Assembly (NCBI GenBank): GCA_963809215.1
Contig: CAWEIJ010000002.1
Location: 1,108,201-1,172,200 of the forward strand
DNA from: an uncultured Chloroflexia bacterium
GTDB taxonomy: Bacteria > Chloroflexota > Limnocylindria > Limnocylindrales > CSP1-4
DNA: 64,000 bases
Direction of reading: 5' to 3'
In this document: one piece after another, positions 48,303-57,303 of the stretch
How the letters are laid out: each line of letters starts with the position of its first letter
Numbering within the stretch: position 1 is the first letter of the stretch
The notes under the pieces: model-generated
The model's database searches: none
The model's input: the letters and a program-made list of their open reading frames with translations, nothing else
What the model was told of the DNA's origin: nothing
Translations under genes and position numbers: made by a program

Positions 48303-49574
48303 CGGATCCGGAGCCGCTTCGACCGCGCCGCCGACCCACTCCGACCGTCGATGTCGGGGGCGTGCTGGTCGGAAGCGCCCATCCCGTGGTCGTCCAGTCG
48401 ATGACGAACACCGACACGGCAGATGCCGACGCAACCGCGCTCCAGGTTGTCCGGCTGGCCGCGGCGGGGTCGCAGCTGGTGCGGGTCACCGTCAACACGG
48501 AGGCCGCAGCGGCGGCCGTTCCGGAGATGGTGCGCAAGGTCCGCGACCTCGGCTTCGAGACGCCCATCGTGGGCGACTTCCACTACAACGGCCACCAGCT
48601 CCTCGTGGACTATCCCGGAGACCGCCCGAGCGCTGGCGAAGTACCGGATCAACCCGGGCAACGTGGGCGGGAAGCGCCATGACGACAACTTCGCGACGAT
48701 CGTGCGGGTCGCGATCGAGAACGACCGGCCCGTCAGGATCGGCGTGAACTGGGGATCCCTCGACCCCGCCCTGCTGACCTCGATGATGGAAGCGAACGCG
48801 GCCCTTGCCGAGCCGCGCGACAGCCGCGACGTGACGATCGAGGCGATGCTCGCGTCGGCGCTGCGCTCAGCCGAGCTGGCGGAGGAGACCGGGCTGGCCC
48901 ACGACCGGATCATCCTGAGCGCGAAGGTGTCGGGCGTCCGCGACCTGGTGGACGTCTACCGGCGCCTTGCCGCGCAGTGCGACTACCCGCTCCACCTTGG
49001 CCTCACCGAGGCCGGCATGGGCATGAAGGGGATCGTCGCCTCGACCGCCGGCCTCAGCGTTCTCCTCAGCGAGGGGATCGGGGACACGATCCGGGTCTCC
49101 CTGACGCCGGAGCCGGGCGCGGGCCGCGAGCTCGAGGTCGAGGTCGCGCAGCAGGTGCTGCAGTCGCTGGGCCTGCGGAGCTTCATGCCCCAGGTGAGCG
49201 CGTGCCCGGGCTGCGGCCGCACGACCTCGGTCTTCTTCCAGGAGATGGCGCGCGACATCACGGCCCATCTCAGGGAGCGCATGCCGGGCTGGCGGGAGCT
49301 GCATCCTGGCGTGGAGGATCTCCGCGTGGCGGTCATGGGCTGCGTGGTGAATGGGCCGGGCGAGAGCAAGCACGCCGACATCGGGATCAGCCTCCCCGGC
49401 ACGTTCGAGGAGCCCGTGGCGCCGGTCTTCGTCGACGGGAGGCTCTTCGCGACGTTTCGCGGGGAGGACATCGTGGCCCGTTTCATCGGGCTGCTGGACG
49501 AGTACGTCGAGCGGCGCTACCCGGCCCCGGGCGGCGTAGCGGCCGCGGCCGGGGCCGGCGCGCCCGGCGAATAG
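48299..49574 (+). CDS. ispG: 4-hydroxy-3-methylbut-2-en-1-yl diphosphate synthase (flavodoxin); one +1 frame break near 48614..48620
   Basis: GTGA overlap with rseP. ...[13 protein letters not shown]...VRVTVN...[17 protein letters not shown] (ORF 47861 frame) joins [17 protein letters not shown]...HLGLTEAG...ACPGCGRT...GCVVNGPGE (ORF 48423..49574). Length is 3n+1. Confidence 0.92.
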
Positions 49575-49686
49575 CCGCCCGCGCCGAGCGCGGCGCCACG
49601 CCCGGTGCCCGTGCGCACCGGGCCGGTGCCCGGCCGCAACGGCCCCGCGTCACGTCTCCCGCACGGGGAGGTCTGCCCGCGTGCGG

Positions 49687-49692
49687 TATACT
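49687..49692 (+). promoter_or_regulatory. -10-like hexamer TATACT in the ispG-nusA spacer
   Basis: GGTATACTCGCG has the same flavour as the other TATACTCG elements in the window. It lies upstream of the terminator-like structure at 49722..49748. Confidence 0.3.
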
Positions 49693-49721
49693 CGCGCAAT
49701 CTTCGACCGCGCCGCTCCATG

Positions 49722-49748
49722 ACGTGGGTGACCCCCACGTTTTTCTTT
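49722..49748 (+). terminator. Intrinsic terminator or leader attenuator: 7-bp GC-rich stem plus U-tract
   Basis: ACGTGGG-TGACC-CCCACGT is followed directly by TTTTCTTT. This is one of very few T-runs in the window, 55 nt before the nusA ATG. Confidence 0.6.
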
Positions 49749-49802
49749 CGGTCAGCCCGGTCGGCTGCCGATGGTCGAACATGATTGTGGGAGGTGGACC
49801 GC

Positions 49803-50963
49803 ATGAGCCGCGATTTCGTGGGCGCCCTCCTGCAGCTCAACGCCGAGAAGGGCGTTCCCCGGGAGCACCTGATCCTCACGATCTCGGACGCGATCGAGTC
49901 CGCGTACCGCCGAATCCCCGGCAACGAGGACGTTCGGGTGCGGATCGACCCGGAGCGCGGCGAGATGCTGGTCACTCGCGAGCGCCTCGTCGTCGCGGTC
50001 GTCGAGGACCCGCTGACCGAGCTCACGCTCGAGGATGCGCGGTCGATCAAGCCCGACGCGACCATCGGCGAGGAGATCGTCACGGAGCAGCTGGGCCAGG
50101 ACGCATTCGGACGGATCGGCGCGCAGACGGCGAAGCAGGTCGTCCTGCAGCGCCTCCGCGAGGCCGAGCGCGACGTGGTCTACGACCAGTTCGCGAGCCG
50201 CGAGGGCGACCTCATCACCGGGACGGTCAACCGGGTCGAGCCGCGCGCGATCATCCTCGACCTGGGCAAGGCGGAGGCGATCCTCGCCACGACCGAGCAG
50301 TCGCCGGTGGAGCACTACCGGATCGGCCAGAACGTCAAGGCGTTCGTGCTGGAGGTGCGCCGCGGCCCGAAGGGCCCGCAGGTGCTGGTCAGCCGGACGC
50401 ACAAGGGGTTCCTGCGCCGGCTCTTCGAGCTCGAGGTCCCCGAGATCCATGCCGGGACGGTGGAGATCAAGGCGATCGCGCGCGAGCCCGGCAGCCGCTC
50501 GAAGGTCGCCGTCGCCTCGCGCCAGGAAGGCCTCGACCCCGTCGGGGCGACCGTGGGCCAGCGTGGCGCGCGCGTCCAGGCCGTGGTCGCGGAGCTGGCC
50601 GGCGAGAAGATCGACGTGATCGAGTGGCACGAGGACCCGGCGGTCTTCGTGGCGAAGGCGCTCAGCCCGGCCCAGGTCGTGGCCGTGCGCATCGACGAGG
50701 AGCACCGGATCGCGAGCGTCACCGTCCCCGAGAAGATGCTCTCGCTCGCGATCGGCCGCGAGGGCCAGAATGCGCGGCTCGCTGCGAAGATGACCGGCTG
50801 GCGGATCGACATCCGCAGCGACGTGCAGGCTCCCGAAGCCGCGGTACCTCCGCCCGCGGCGCCGGTTGCCGGCCCCCTTACCGAAACCGTGGCGGTCGGT
50901 GGGGTGCTGCCCGCGGACGGGCCGGCTCCGGCCGCCGCTCCCGCGGCGGAGGTGACACCGTAG
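49803..50963 (+). CDS. nusA: Transcription termination/antitermination factor NusA
   Basis: ATG 49803 follows GGGAGGTGG. S1 domain (GDLITGTVNRVEPRAIILDLG), KH1/KH2 (VGQRGARVQAVVAEL, AIGREGQNARLAAKMTGWRIDI). Confidence 0.94.
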   Translation: MSRDFVGALLQLNAEKGVPREHLILTISDAIESAYRRIPGNEDVRVRIDPERGEMLVTRERLVVAVVEDPLTELTLEDARSIKPDATIGEEIVTEQLGQDAFGRIGAQTAKQVVLQRLREAERDVVYDQFASREGDLITGTVNRVEPRAIILDLGKAEAILATTEQSPVEHYRIGQNVKAFVLEVRRGPKGPQVLVSRTHKGFLRRLFELEVPEIHAGTVEIKAIAREPGSRSKVAVASRQEGLDPVGATVGQRGARVQAVVAELAGEKIDVIEWHEDPAVFVAKALSPAQVVAVRIDEEHRIASVTVPEKMLSLAIGREGQNARLAAKMTGWRIDIRSDVQAPEAAVPPPAAPVAGPLTETVAVGGVLPADGPAPAAAPAAEVTP

Positions 50964-50998
50964 CGGGGCGGGCCGGCGGCGGCCCCCTTCGGAGGCAG

Positions 50999-51286
50999 CA
51001 TCCAACCCGGACCTGCGTCGCCTGCCGGACGCCGCGCCCGAAGCGCGAGCTGCTCCGGGTCGTGCGGACGCCTTCCGGCGCGATCACGCTCGACGCAACC
51101 GGGCGGGCGCCCGGGCGCGGCGCCTACGTCTGCGTCGACGCCGCCTGCCAGGACCTGGCGATCGCGAAGGGCACGCTGCGGCGAGCGCTCGCCGTCCCGA
51201 TTCCCATTGGGCTCTTTGACGCGACGCGGGCCGTCGCCTCGCCACCCCTGAACCAGAACCACGACGACCAAGAAGGAGGGGCCTGA
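50999..51286 (+). CDS. ylxR: YlxR family (DUF448) RNA-binding protein; start codon not identifiable
   Basis: [19 protein letters not shown]...GRGAYVC is the DUF448 core. Conserved nusA-ylxR-infB order. The stop overlaps the infB ATG (TGATG). There is no ATG/GTG/TTG in frame within 20 codons upstream, and the 5' coordinate is nominal. Confidence 0.75.
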   Translation, partial: HPTRTCVACRTPRPKRELLRVVRTPSGAITLDATGRAPGRGAYVCVDAACQDLAIAKGTLRRALAVPIPIGLFDATRAVASPPLNQNHDDQEGGA

Positions 51287-53184
51287 TGGCCAGGAGCAGG
51301 AGCGGGACCCGCGGGCGCCGCGGGCCCCGCAAACCGCAGCGACGCGAGGGCGGCGCATTCACGCCGGTCTCGGTTGCCGAGCCGCGCGAGCGCAGCGCCG
51401 TCGTGCTGCCCTCGACGATCACGGTCAAGGAGCTCGCCGAGGTTCTCGAGGTCAACCCCGCGGACGTGATCCGCGAGCTCATCAAGAGCGGGATCTTCGC
51501 GACGATCAACCAGCTCATCGACCGGGACACGGCGTCGCTCGTCGCGACGGAGCTCGGCTTCGAGACGGACGAGGCGGAGGCGCCGGTCACCGCGGCCGAG
51601 GACGAGCGCACCGAAGCGCCCGCGCCGGCCACGAAGGAGACGCTCTTCGTCGACGAGGACCCGGCGCTGCTCGTGCCGCGGGCGCCGATCGTCACCGTCA
51701 TGGGCCACGTCGACCACGGGAAGACGAGCCTGCTCGACGCGATCCGGAGCACCGCCGTGGCGGCGGGTGAGCGCGGCGGGATCACCCAGCACATCGGCGC
51801 CTCGGAGATCGTCCGGGACGGCAGGAAGGTCGTCTTCCTCGACACGCCGGGCCACGAGGCCTTCACCGCGATGCGCGCCCGCGGCGCCAAGGTCACCGAC
51901 ATCGCGATCATCGTGGTGGCGGCGGACGACGGCGTCATGCCCCAGACGCTCGAGGCCATCAGCCACGCGCGCGCCGCGAAGGTGCCGATCATCATCGCGC
52001 TCAACAAGATCGACAAGCCGGACGCGAACCCGGACCGCGTCAAGACCGAGCTGACCGAGGCGAACGTCGTCATCGAGGAGTACGGCGGCGACGTCCCGCT
52101 CGTGCAGGTCTCGGCCAAGACGGGGCAGGGCCTCGACGACCTGTTCGACATGGTGAACCTCGTCGCCGACCTCCAGGAGCTCAAGGCGGATCCCAAGCGC
52201 CCGGCGGTCGGGACGATCATCGAGGCGGAGCTCGACAAGGGCCGCGGCCCCGTGGCGACCGTCGTGGTCCAGACGGGCACGCTCCGGATCGGCAACGTCG
52301 TCGTCGTGGGCAAGACCTACGGCAAGATCAAGGCGCTCGAGAACGCGGCCGGCAAGCGAATCCAGAAGGCAGGCCCCTCGTCCGCGGCGCTCGTGCTGGG
52401 GCTCGACGACGTCCCGGAGGCCGGCGACATCCTGCGCGTCGTGGCGGACGAGAAGATCGCCCGGTCGATGGTGCAGCAGACGCGGATCGCGGCCACCGCG
52501 CAGGCCGGGACCAGCCAGAAGGCGACCCTCGAGGACCTCTTCAACCAGTTCCAGGAGGGCCAGTCGAAGGAGCTCCGGATCATCCTGAAGTCGGACGTGT
52601 CCGGCTCGCTCGGGGCGATCACGCACGCGCTGGGCCAGATCGTCTCCGACGAGGTCCGGATCAGCGTCCTCCACGAGGGCACCGGCGACATCACGGACAA
52701 CGACATCCTCCTCGCCTCGGCGTCAAACGCCATCGTCGTCGGCTTCAACACGAAGCTCGACCCGCAGGCCCGCCGCACCGCGGAGGCCGAGAAGGTCGAT
52801 GTCCGCCTGTACGACATCATCTACAAGCTCACCGACGACATCGAGGCCGCCCTCAAGGGCATGCTCGAGCCGGAGATCGTGGAGCAGGTCGAGGGTCGAG
52901 CGGAGGTTCGCCAGATCTTCCGGGTGGGCAAGAGCACCGTGATCGCCGGGTCGTTCGTGACCGACGGCCACATCCCCCGGACCGCTGGCGTCCGCGTCTA
53001 CCGCAACGGCAAGCTCATCGCCACGGACAAGCTGGACTCGCTCCGGCGCTTCCGGGACGACGTGCGCGACGTGGCGCAGGGCTACGAATGCGGCATCGGC
53101 CTCGCCGGGTTCCACGACCTCGCCGAGGGCGACATCATCGAGGCGTTCACCCAGCAGTCGGTCAGTCGCTCGAACCTCCGGTAG
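51286..53184 (+). CDS. infB: Translation initiation factor IF-2
   Basis: 632 aa. G domain [24 protein letters not shown], followed by the C-terminal beta-barrels. Confidence 0.96.
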   Translation: MARSRSGTRGRRGPRKPQRREGGAFTPVSVAEPRERSAVVLPSTITVKELAEVLEVNPADVIRELIKSGIFATINQLIDRDTASLVATELGFETDEAEAPVTAAEDERTEAPAPATKETLFVDEDPALLVPRAPIVTVMGHVDHGKTSLLDAIRSTAVAAGERGGITQHIGASEIVRDGRKVVFLDTPGHEAFTAMRARGAKVTDIAIIVVAADDGVMPQTLEAISHARAAKVPIIIALNKIDKPDANPDRVKTELTEANVVIEEYGGDVPLVQVSAKTGQGLDDLFDMVNLVADLQELKADPKRPAVGTIIEAELDKGRGPVATVVVQTGTLRIGNVVVVGKTYGKIKALENAAGKRIQKAGPSSAALVLGLDDVPEAGDILRVVADEKIARSMVQQTRIAATAQAGTSQKATLEDLFNQFQEGQSKELRIILKSDVSGSLGAITHALGQIVSDEVRISVLHEGTGDITDNDILLASASNAIVVGFNTKLDPQARRTAEAEKVDVRLYDIIYKLTDDIEAALKGMLEPEIVEQVEGRAEVRQIFRVGKSTVIAGSFVTDGHIPRTAGVRVYRNGKLIATDKLDSLRRFRDDVRDVAQGYECGIGLAGFHDLAEGDIIEAFTQQSVSRSNLR

Positions 53185-53193
53185 GGGCGCCGC

Positions 53194-53808
53194 ATGAGCC
53201 AGCGCACGGATCGCGTGGACGAGCTCCTTCGCCAGGAGATCGGCGCGATCCTCGCCCGCGAGGTCGCGGACCCGCGGATCGGGTTCGCGACGGTGACCGA
53301 CGTCGAGACGACGCGGGACCTCTCGCATGCGAAGGTCTGGGTGAGCGTCATCGGCGACACGGCCGAGCGGCGCGAGACGCTCGAGGCCCTCGAGCGGGCG
53401 ATGGGCTTCGTCCGGCGCGAGCTGGGCGTGCGGCTTCGCCTGCGCCGGATCCCGGCGCTCCACGTGGAGCTCGACGCGTCGATGGAGCACGGCACCCGCG
53501 TGCTGCAGATCCTCGACGAGCTGGAGCGCGGTGATGCGCCGCGGGCGGCCTCGATCGCCGACGCGCCGGTGCGGGAGTCGCTGCCGACACCCGTCGCTCG
53601 CCTTCCCCGCGAGGGGGACACGCCTGCCACGGAGCCCGACGCCGACGCCGCGACCCGCGCACCGGAGGCCTTCCCGGCCGGCGACCGCGGCGCGCTCGCA
53701 GGCACGCCGCCGGCACGCAGCCGGCGTGCTGCCGGAACGGCCAAGGGCCCCGCGACGTCGAAGCGGCGGCCGACATCCGGGCCACGCCGCCGCCGCGGGA
53801 CGCCCTGA
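53194..53808 (+). CDS. rbfA: Ribosome-binding factor A (with a disordered C-terminal extension of about 90 aa)
   Basis: RVDELLRQEIGAILAREV.DPRIGF.TVT.VE.T.DL..AKVWVSV...IP.L.VE.D, followed by a Pro/Ala/Arg-rich tail. Confidence 0.9.
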   Translation: MSQRTDRVDELLRQEIGAILAREVADPRIGFATVTDVETTRDLSHAKVWVSVIGDTAERRETLEALERAMGFVRRELGVRLRLRRIPALHVELDASMEHGTRVLQILDELERGDAPRAASIADAPVRESLPTPVARLPREGDTPATEPDADAATRAPEAFPAGDRGALAGTPPARSRRAAGTAKGPATSKRRPTSGPRRRRGTP

Positions 53809-54828
53809 ATGCCCATCGACCTGGGGCCGCTCGCCGCGGCCGTGCCCGAGACAGTCGTCCAGCGCGTCCGCGGTGCCCGCTGCGTCCTGGCTGTCGGTCA
53901 CGAGAACCCGGACGCCGACGCCCTGGGTGCCGCGCTCGCGATCGCGATCCTCGTCGAGGCTCTCGGCGGGCGCGCCACGGTCGCCGCGTCGGATGCCGTG
54001 CCGGACCTCTACGGGTTCCTCGAGGGCAGCGGAGCGGTGCGGACCGACCCGGAGCCGGACATCGCGTACGACCTCGTCGTCCTGTGCGACTGCGGCGACC
54101 TGTCGCGAGCCGGCGCGATCCGCGAGAGGAACGCCGCCCTCTTCGCCGCCACGCCGCTCCTCACGATCGACCATCACGCCAGCAACGATGCGTCCGGCGA
54201 CCTCGTCTGGATCGACGCGGACGCAGCGGCGACCTGCGAGATGGTCGCCCTCCTCGCGACGCGGCTCGGGGTGCCGCTGGCCGTCGGGCAGGGACGGCTC
54301 GCCGCCGCGCTCACCGCCGGCATCGTCATGGACACCGCGACATTCGCCCACCCGAACGCGACACCCAGGACGCTCCAGGTCGCGGCCGCGCTCGTGGAGG
54401 CGGGAGCGCCGCTCTCCGAGATCAGCCGTCGTCTCTATCGCACGAAGCCGGATGCGCAGCTCGCCCTCTTCGGGCGCGTGCTCGCGCGGCTCGAGTCCCA
54501 CGCCGATGGGCTGGTGATCGCCTCGACGATGGAGCTCGAGGACCTGCGGGCGACCGGCGCGCGCTCGGAGCACTCGGAGGGGATCATCGATCTCCTGGCG
54601 CAGTCGGAGACCGCTGAGGTGGCGCTCCTTCTCAAGGAGAGGGATGACGCGACACGGGTATCCGTCCGCACGAAGCCGGGCGGCGTCGACGCGACCGCGC
54701 TCTGCGGGACGTGGGGCGGCGGAGGGCACGCCCGGGCCGCCGGCGCGTCGCTCGACCTCCCGCTCGCGGCGTCCGCCGCGGTCGTCCTCCCGGTGGCGAT
54801 CCGGTTCGCCCGGGACGTGGTCCGATGA
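53809..54828 (+). CDS. nrnA: DHH/DHHA1 phosphoesterase, NrnA-type nanoRNase / pAp phosphatase
   Basis: GHENPDADALGAALA (DHH motifs I-II), DCGD, TIDHH, and C-terminal GGGGHARAAG (DHHA1). Confidence 0.88.
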   Translation: MPIDLGPLAAAVPETVVQRVRGARCVLAVGHENPDADALGAALAIAILVEALGGRATVAASDAVPDLYGFLEGSGAVRTDPEPDIAYDLVVLCDCGDLSRAGAIRERNAALFAATPLLTIDHHASNDASGDLVWIDADAAATCEMVALLATRLGVPLAVGQGRLAAALTAGIVMDTATFAHPNATPRTLQVAAALVEAGAPLSEISRRLYRTKPDAQLALFGRVLARLESHADGLVIASTMELEDLRATGARSEHSEGIIDLLAQSETAEVALLLKERDDATRVSVRTKPGGVDATALCGTWGGGGHARAAGASLDLPLAASAAVVLPVAIRFARDVVR

Positions 54829-55946
54829 CCGAGGAGCTGCCGGCGACGGACTCCTCCCAGGGCCCCGGGGAGCGCCCGGAGGGAGGCGAGACCCCGGGTA
54901 GGCCCGGGAGCCTGCCGGAGGGACAGGCGGGTTCCGCCGACCCGATCCGCGAGCGACGGCCGCGCCGCGTCGACGCTGGGCTGGACGGCATCCTCGTGGT
55001 CGACAAGCCGGTCGGACCCACGTCGCATGACGTCGTCGCGCTGGTCCGGCGCCTCGCCGGGACGAAGCGGATCGGTCACGGCGGGACGCTCGACCCGTTC
55101 GCGTCCGGTGTGCTCCCGCTCTACCTTGGCCTTGGGACGCGCGTCGTCGAGTTCCATCTCGGCGCCCGGAAGGCGTACCGCGCGACCGTCTGCTTCGGCG
55201 CCTCGTCCACGACCGACGACCTGGAGGGTGAGCTGACGCCCAGCGAGGGGCCGGCCCCGTCGCGCGAGGCGGTCGAGGCCGCGCTGGCCGGATTCCTGGG
55301 GACGCACCTCCAGCTCCCGCCGGCGTTCTCGGCGCGCAAGGTCGGCGGGCGGCGGGCGTACGCTCTCGCCCGCGCCGGGCACGCAACGGAGCTGCCGTCG
55401 CGCCAGACGACGTTCGATGCGCTCTCCCTGGAGCGCTGGGACGCGACGGACCCGGAGCGCCCGCTCGCGGTCATCGACGTGACCTGTTCGGCGGGCACCT
55501 ACGTCCGGGCGCTGGCCCGCGATCTCGGGACGGCCCTCGGCAATGCCGCATACCTGGGCGCGCTCCGGCGCACCGCTGCAGGTCCGTTCACGCTCTCGGA
55601 CGCGATCAGCCTCGAGGCAGCCCGCGAGGCCGCCGCGAACGGACGCTTCGCGGACCTGCTCCGGCCCGTCGGGACAGGCCTCGACGACCTTCCCGGCGTG
55701 ACGCTCGGTCCCGACGAGCTCGCCATCGTCGCGCACGGCGGATGGATCGGCGAGGCCGGTCGTCTGCCGGCGCCGTCGAGCGCTCCGCGGGACGCCGCTG
55801 GGGTCGCGGCACCGACGGACGCCCAGACCCGGGTCCGGCTCCTCTTCGAGGATGGATCGCTCGCCGCGATCGCGAGGCGCGTGGGTGGCCGCCTGGTGCC
55901 CGACAAGGTCCTGGTGCCGCGAGCCGGCGCCGTCCCGCGTGGCTGA
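54825..55946 (+). CDS. truB: tRNA pseudouridine55 synthase TruB (N-terminal extension of about 50 aa)
   Basis: ATGA overlap with nrnA. GILVVDKPVGPTSHDVV, catalytic GHGGTLDPFASGVL, and SAGTYVRALARDLG. Confidence 0.93.
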   Translation: MTEELPATDSSQGPGERPEGGETPGRPGSLPEGQAGSADPIRERRPRRVDAGLDGILVVDKPVGPTSHDVVALVRRLAGTKRIGHGGTLDPFASGVLPLYLGLGTRVVEFHLGARKAYRATVCFGASSTTDDLEGELTPSEGPAPSREAVEAALAGFLGTHLQLPPAFSARKVGGRRAYALARAGHATELPSRQTTFDALSLERWDATDPERPLAVIDVTCSAGTYVRALARDLGTALGNAAYLGALRRTAAGPFTLSDAISLEAAREAAANGRFADLLRPVGTGLDDLPGVTLGPDELAIVAHGGWIGEAGRLPAPSSAPRDAAGVAAPTDAQTRVRLLFEDGSLAAIARRVGGRLVPDKVLVPRAGAVPRG

Positions 55947-56808
55947 GACGGCCCGCGCGCTCACCGGCGGGACACCGGGCCACGCGGCGGAACCGGCGTC
56001 GGTGCTCCACGGCATCGGCGCGCTCCGTCCCGACGACGGCCCGCTCCTGGTGGTCGTGGGCGTCTTCGACGGGCTCCACCGCGGCCATGCCTACCTGCTC
56101 CGCGAGCTGCGCAGGGCTGCCGCCCGCCTCGGCGCCGTTCCGGCCGTGCTGACCTTCGACCACCACCCGGACGAGATCATGGCGGGCGCTGCGCCGCCGC
56201 TCCTGTGCGATCCCGGCGAACGCCTCGTACGGCTGGCGCGGGCGGGCGTCGGCGTGACCATCGTCCAGCATTTCGACGAGGCGCTCCGCCGGACGCCCTA
56301 CGACGCGTTCGTCGCGTCGATCGCGTCGCGGACCGCCCTCACGGGCTTCCTCATGACGCCGGACGCCGCGTTCGGCCACGAGCGACGGGGGACGCCGGAG
56401 GCGCTGGCCGCGCTCGGCGCGCGCGAGGGGTTCTCGGTGGTGGTCGTCCCGCCGTTCGACCTCGCGGGCCGGCAGGTGCGCAGCACCGAGATCCGCACGG
56501 CGATCGCGACGGGCGACCTCGCGACCGCCAGGGCGCTCCTTGGGCGCCGTGTCGCCGTGACCGGTGAGATCGTCGAGCGCCCGATCGACGGCCGCGAGGC
56601 GACGCTGGCGTTCGAGGTCCCTGTCGCGCTCCCACCGCCCGGGCCGTACCGGGCCACGCTCGAGCCGCCGATCGCGCCGGGCAGCGTCGCGGACCGCGCG
56701 CGGCGGGCCGTCGTGCGGGTCGGCGCGGATGGCACGCTTCGGGTGGACGCCCGGAGCGGGATCCCGGCGGGGGGCCGGTTGCGCATCTCGTTCGTCCGTC
56801 CAGCGTAG
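55939..56808 (+). CDS. ribF: RibF-like FAD synthetase (FMN adenylyltransferase domain intact; C-terminal riboflavin-kinase-like domain degenerate)
   Basis: [17 protein letters not shown]...LTFDHHP...FGHERRGT... Conserved truB-ribF-rpsO order. The C-terminal 90 aa lack the GFPTAN/GVY-type kinase motifs. Confidence 0.8.
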   Translation: MAETARALTGGTPGHAAEPASVLHGIGALRPDDGPLLVVVGVFDGLHRGHAYLLRELRRAAARLGAVPAVLTFDHHPDEIMAGAAPPLLCDPGERLVRLARAGVGVTIVQHFDEALRRTPYDAFVASIASRTALTGFLMTPDAAFGHERRGTPEALAALGAREGFSVVVVPPFDLAGRQVRSTEIRTAIATGDLATARALLGRRVAVTGEIVERPIDGREATLAFEVPVALPPPGPYRATLEPPIAPGSVADRARRAVVRVGADGTLRVDARSGIPAGGRLRISFVRPA

Positions 56809-56851
56809 CGGAGCGTCGGGCATCGAGCCAGGTTTCGGGGCTGGGTCGCGT

Positions 56852-56880
56852 TTGCGCGAACAGCCGGCCCCTGTTACGCT
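56852..56880 (+). promoter_or_regulatory. Candidate rpsO promoter: TTGCGC - 17 nt - TACGCT, with TGT as the extended -10
   Basis: The -35-like TTGCGC (56852..56857) and TGTTACGCT (56872..56880) have consensus spacing. An unusually AT-rich leader of about 45 nt follows. Confidence 0.4.
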
Positions 56881-56930
56881 CCGCAGGTTTGCAAGAACGT
56901 TTAGTACAAGTTTTCGTGTCGGAGGACCGA

Positions 56931-57200
56931 GTGCCGCTCGTGCGGGAAACCAAGGACCGGATCGTCGCTGACTTTGCGACAAGGGAAGGCGATACCGGCT
57001 CCCCCGAGGTTCAGATCGCGCTCCTGACAGAGCGAGTCAAGGATCTCACGGGGCATCTGAGACAGTACCCCAAGGACAACCACTCCCGCCGCGGCCTCCT
57101 CAAGCTGGTTGGCCAGCGCAGGCGCCTTCTCGCGTACCTCGTCAAGAAGGACGCGCCGCGCTACCGCGCCGTCATCGCACGGCTCGGCCTGCGCCGCTGA
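56931..57200 (+). CDS. rpsO: 30S ribosomal protein S15
   Basis: GTG 56931 follows [55 protein letters not shown]. Confidence 0.94.
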   Translation: MPLVRETKDRIVADFATREGDTGSPEVQIALLTERVKDLTGHLRQYPKDNHSRRGLLKLVGQRRRLLAYLVKKDAPRYRAVIARLGLRR

Positions 57201-57303
57201 GCACACGCTGAAGTCGGGGTAGACCCCCGCCTTCGCGCATCCGGAGGTCGGCGCGAAACGCCGGCAGCGGTCCGTCCCCGACGCGAGCGAGAAAGGAACG
57301 CTC

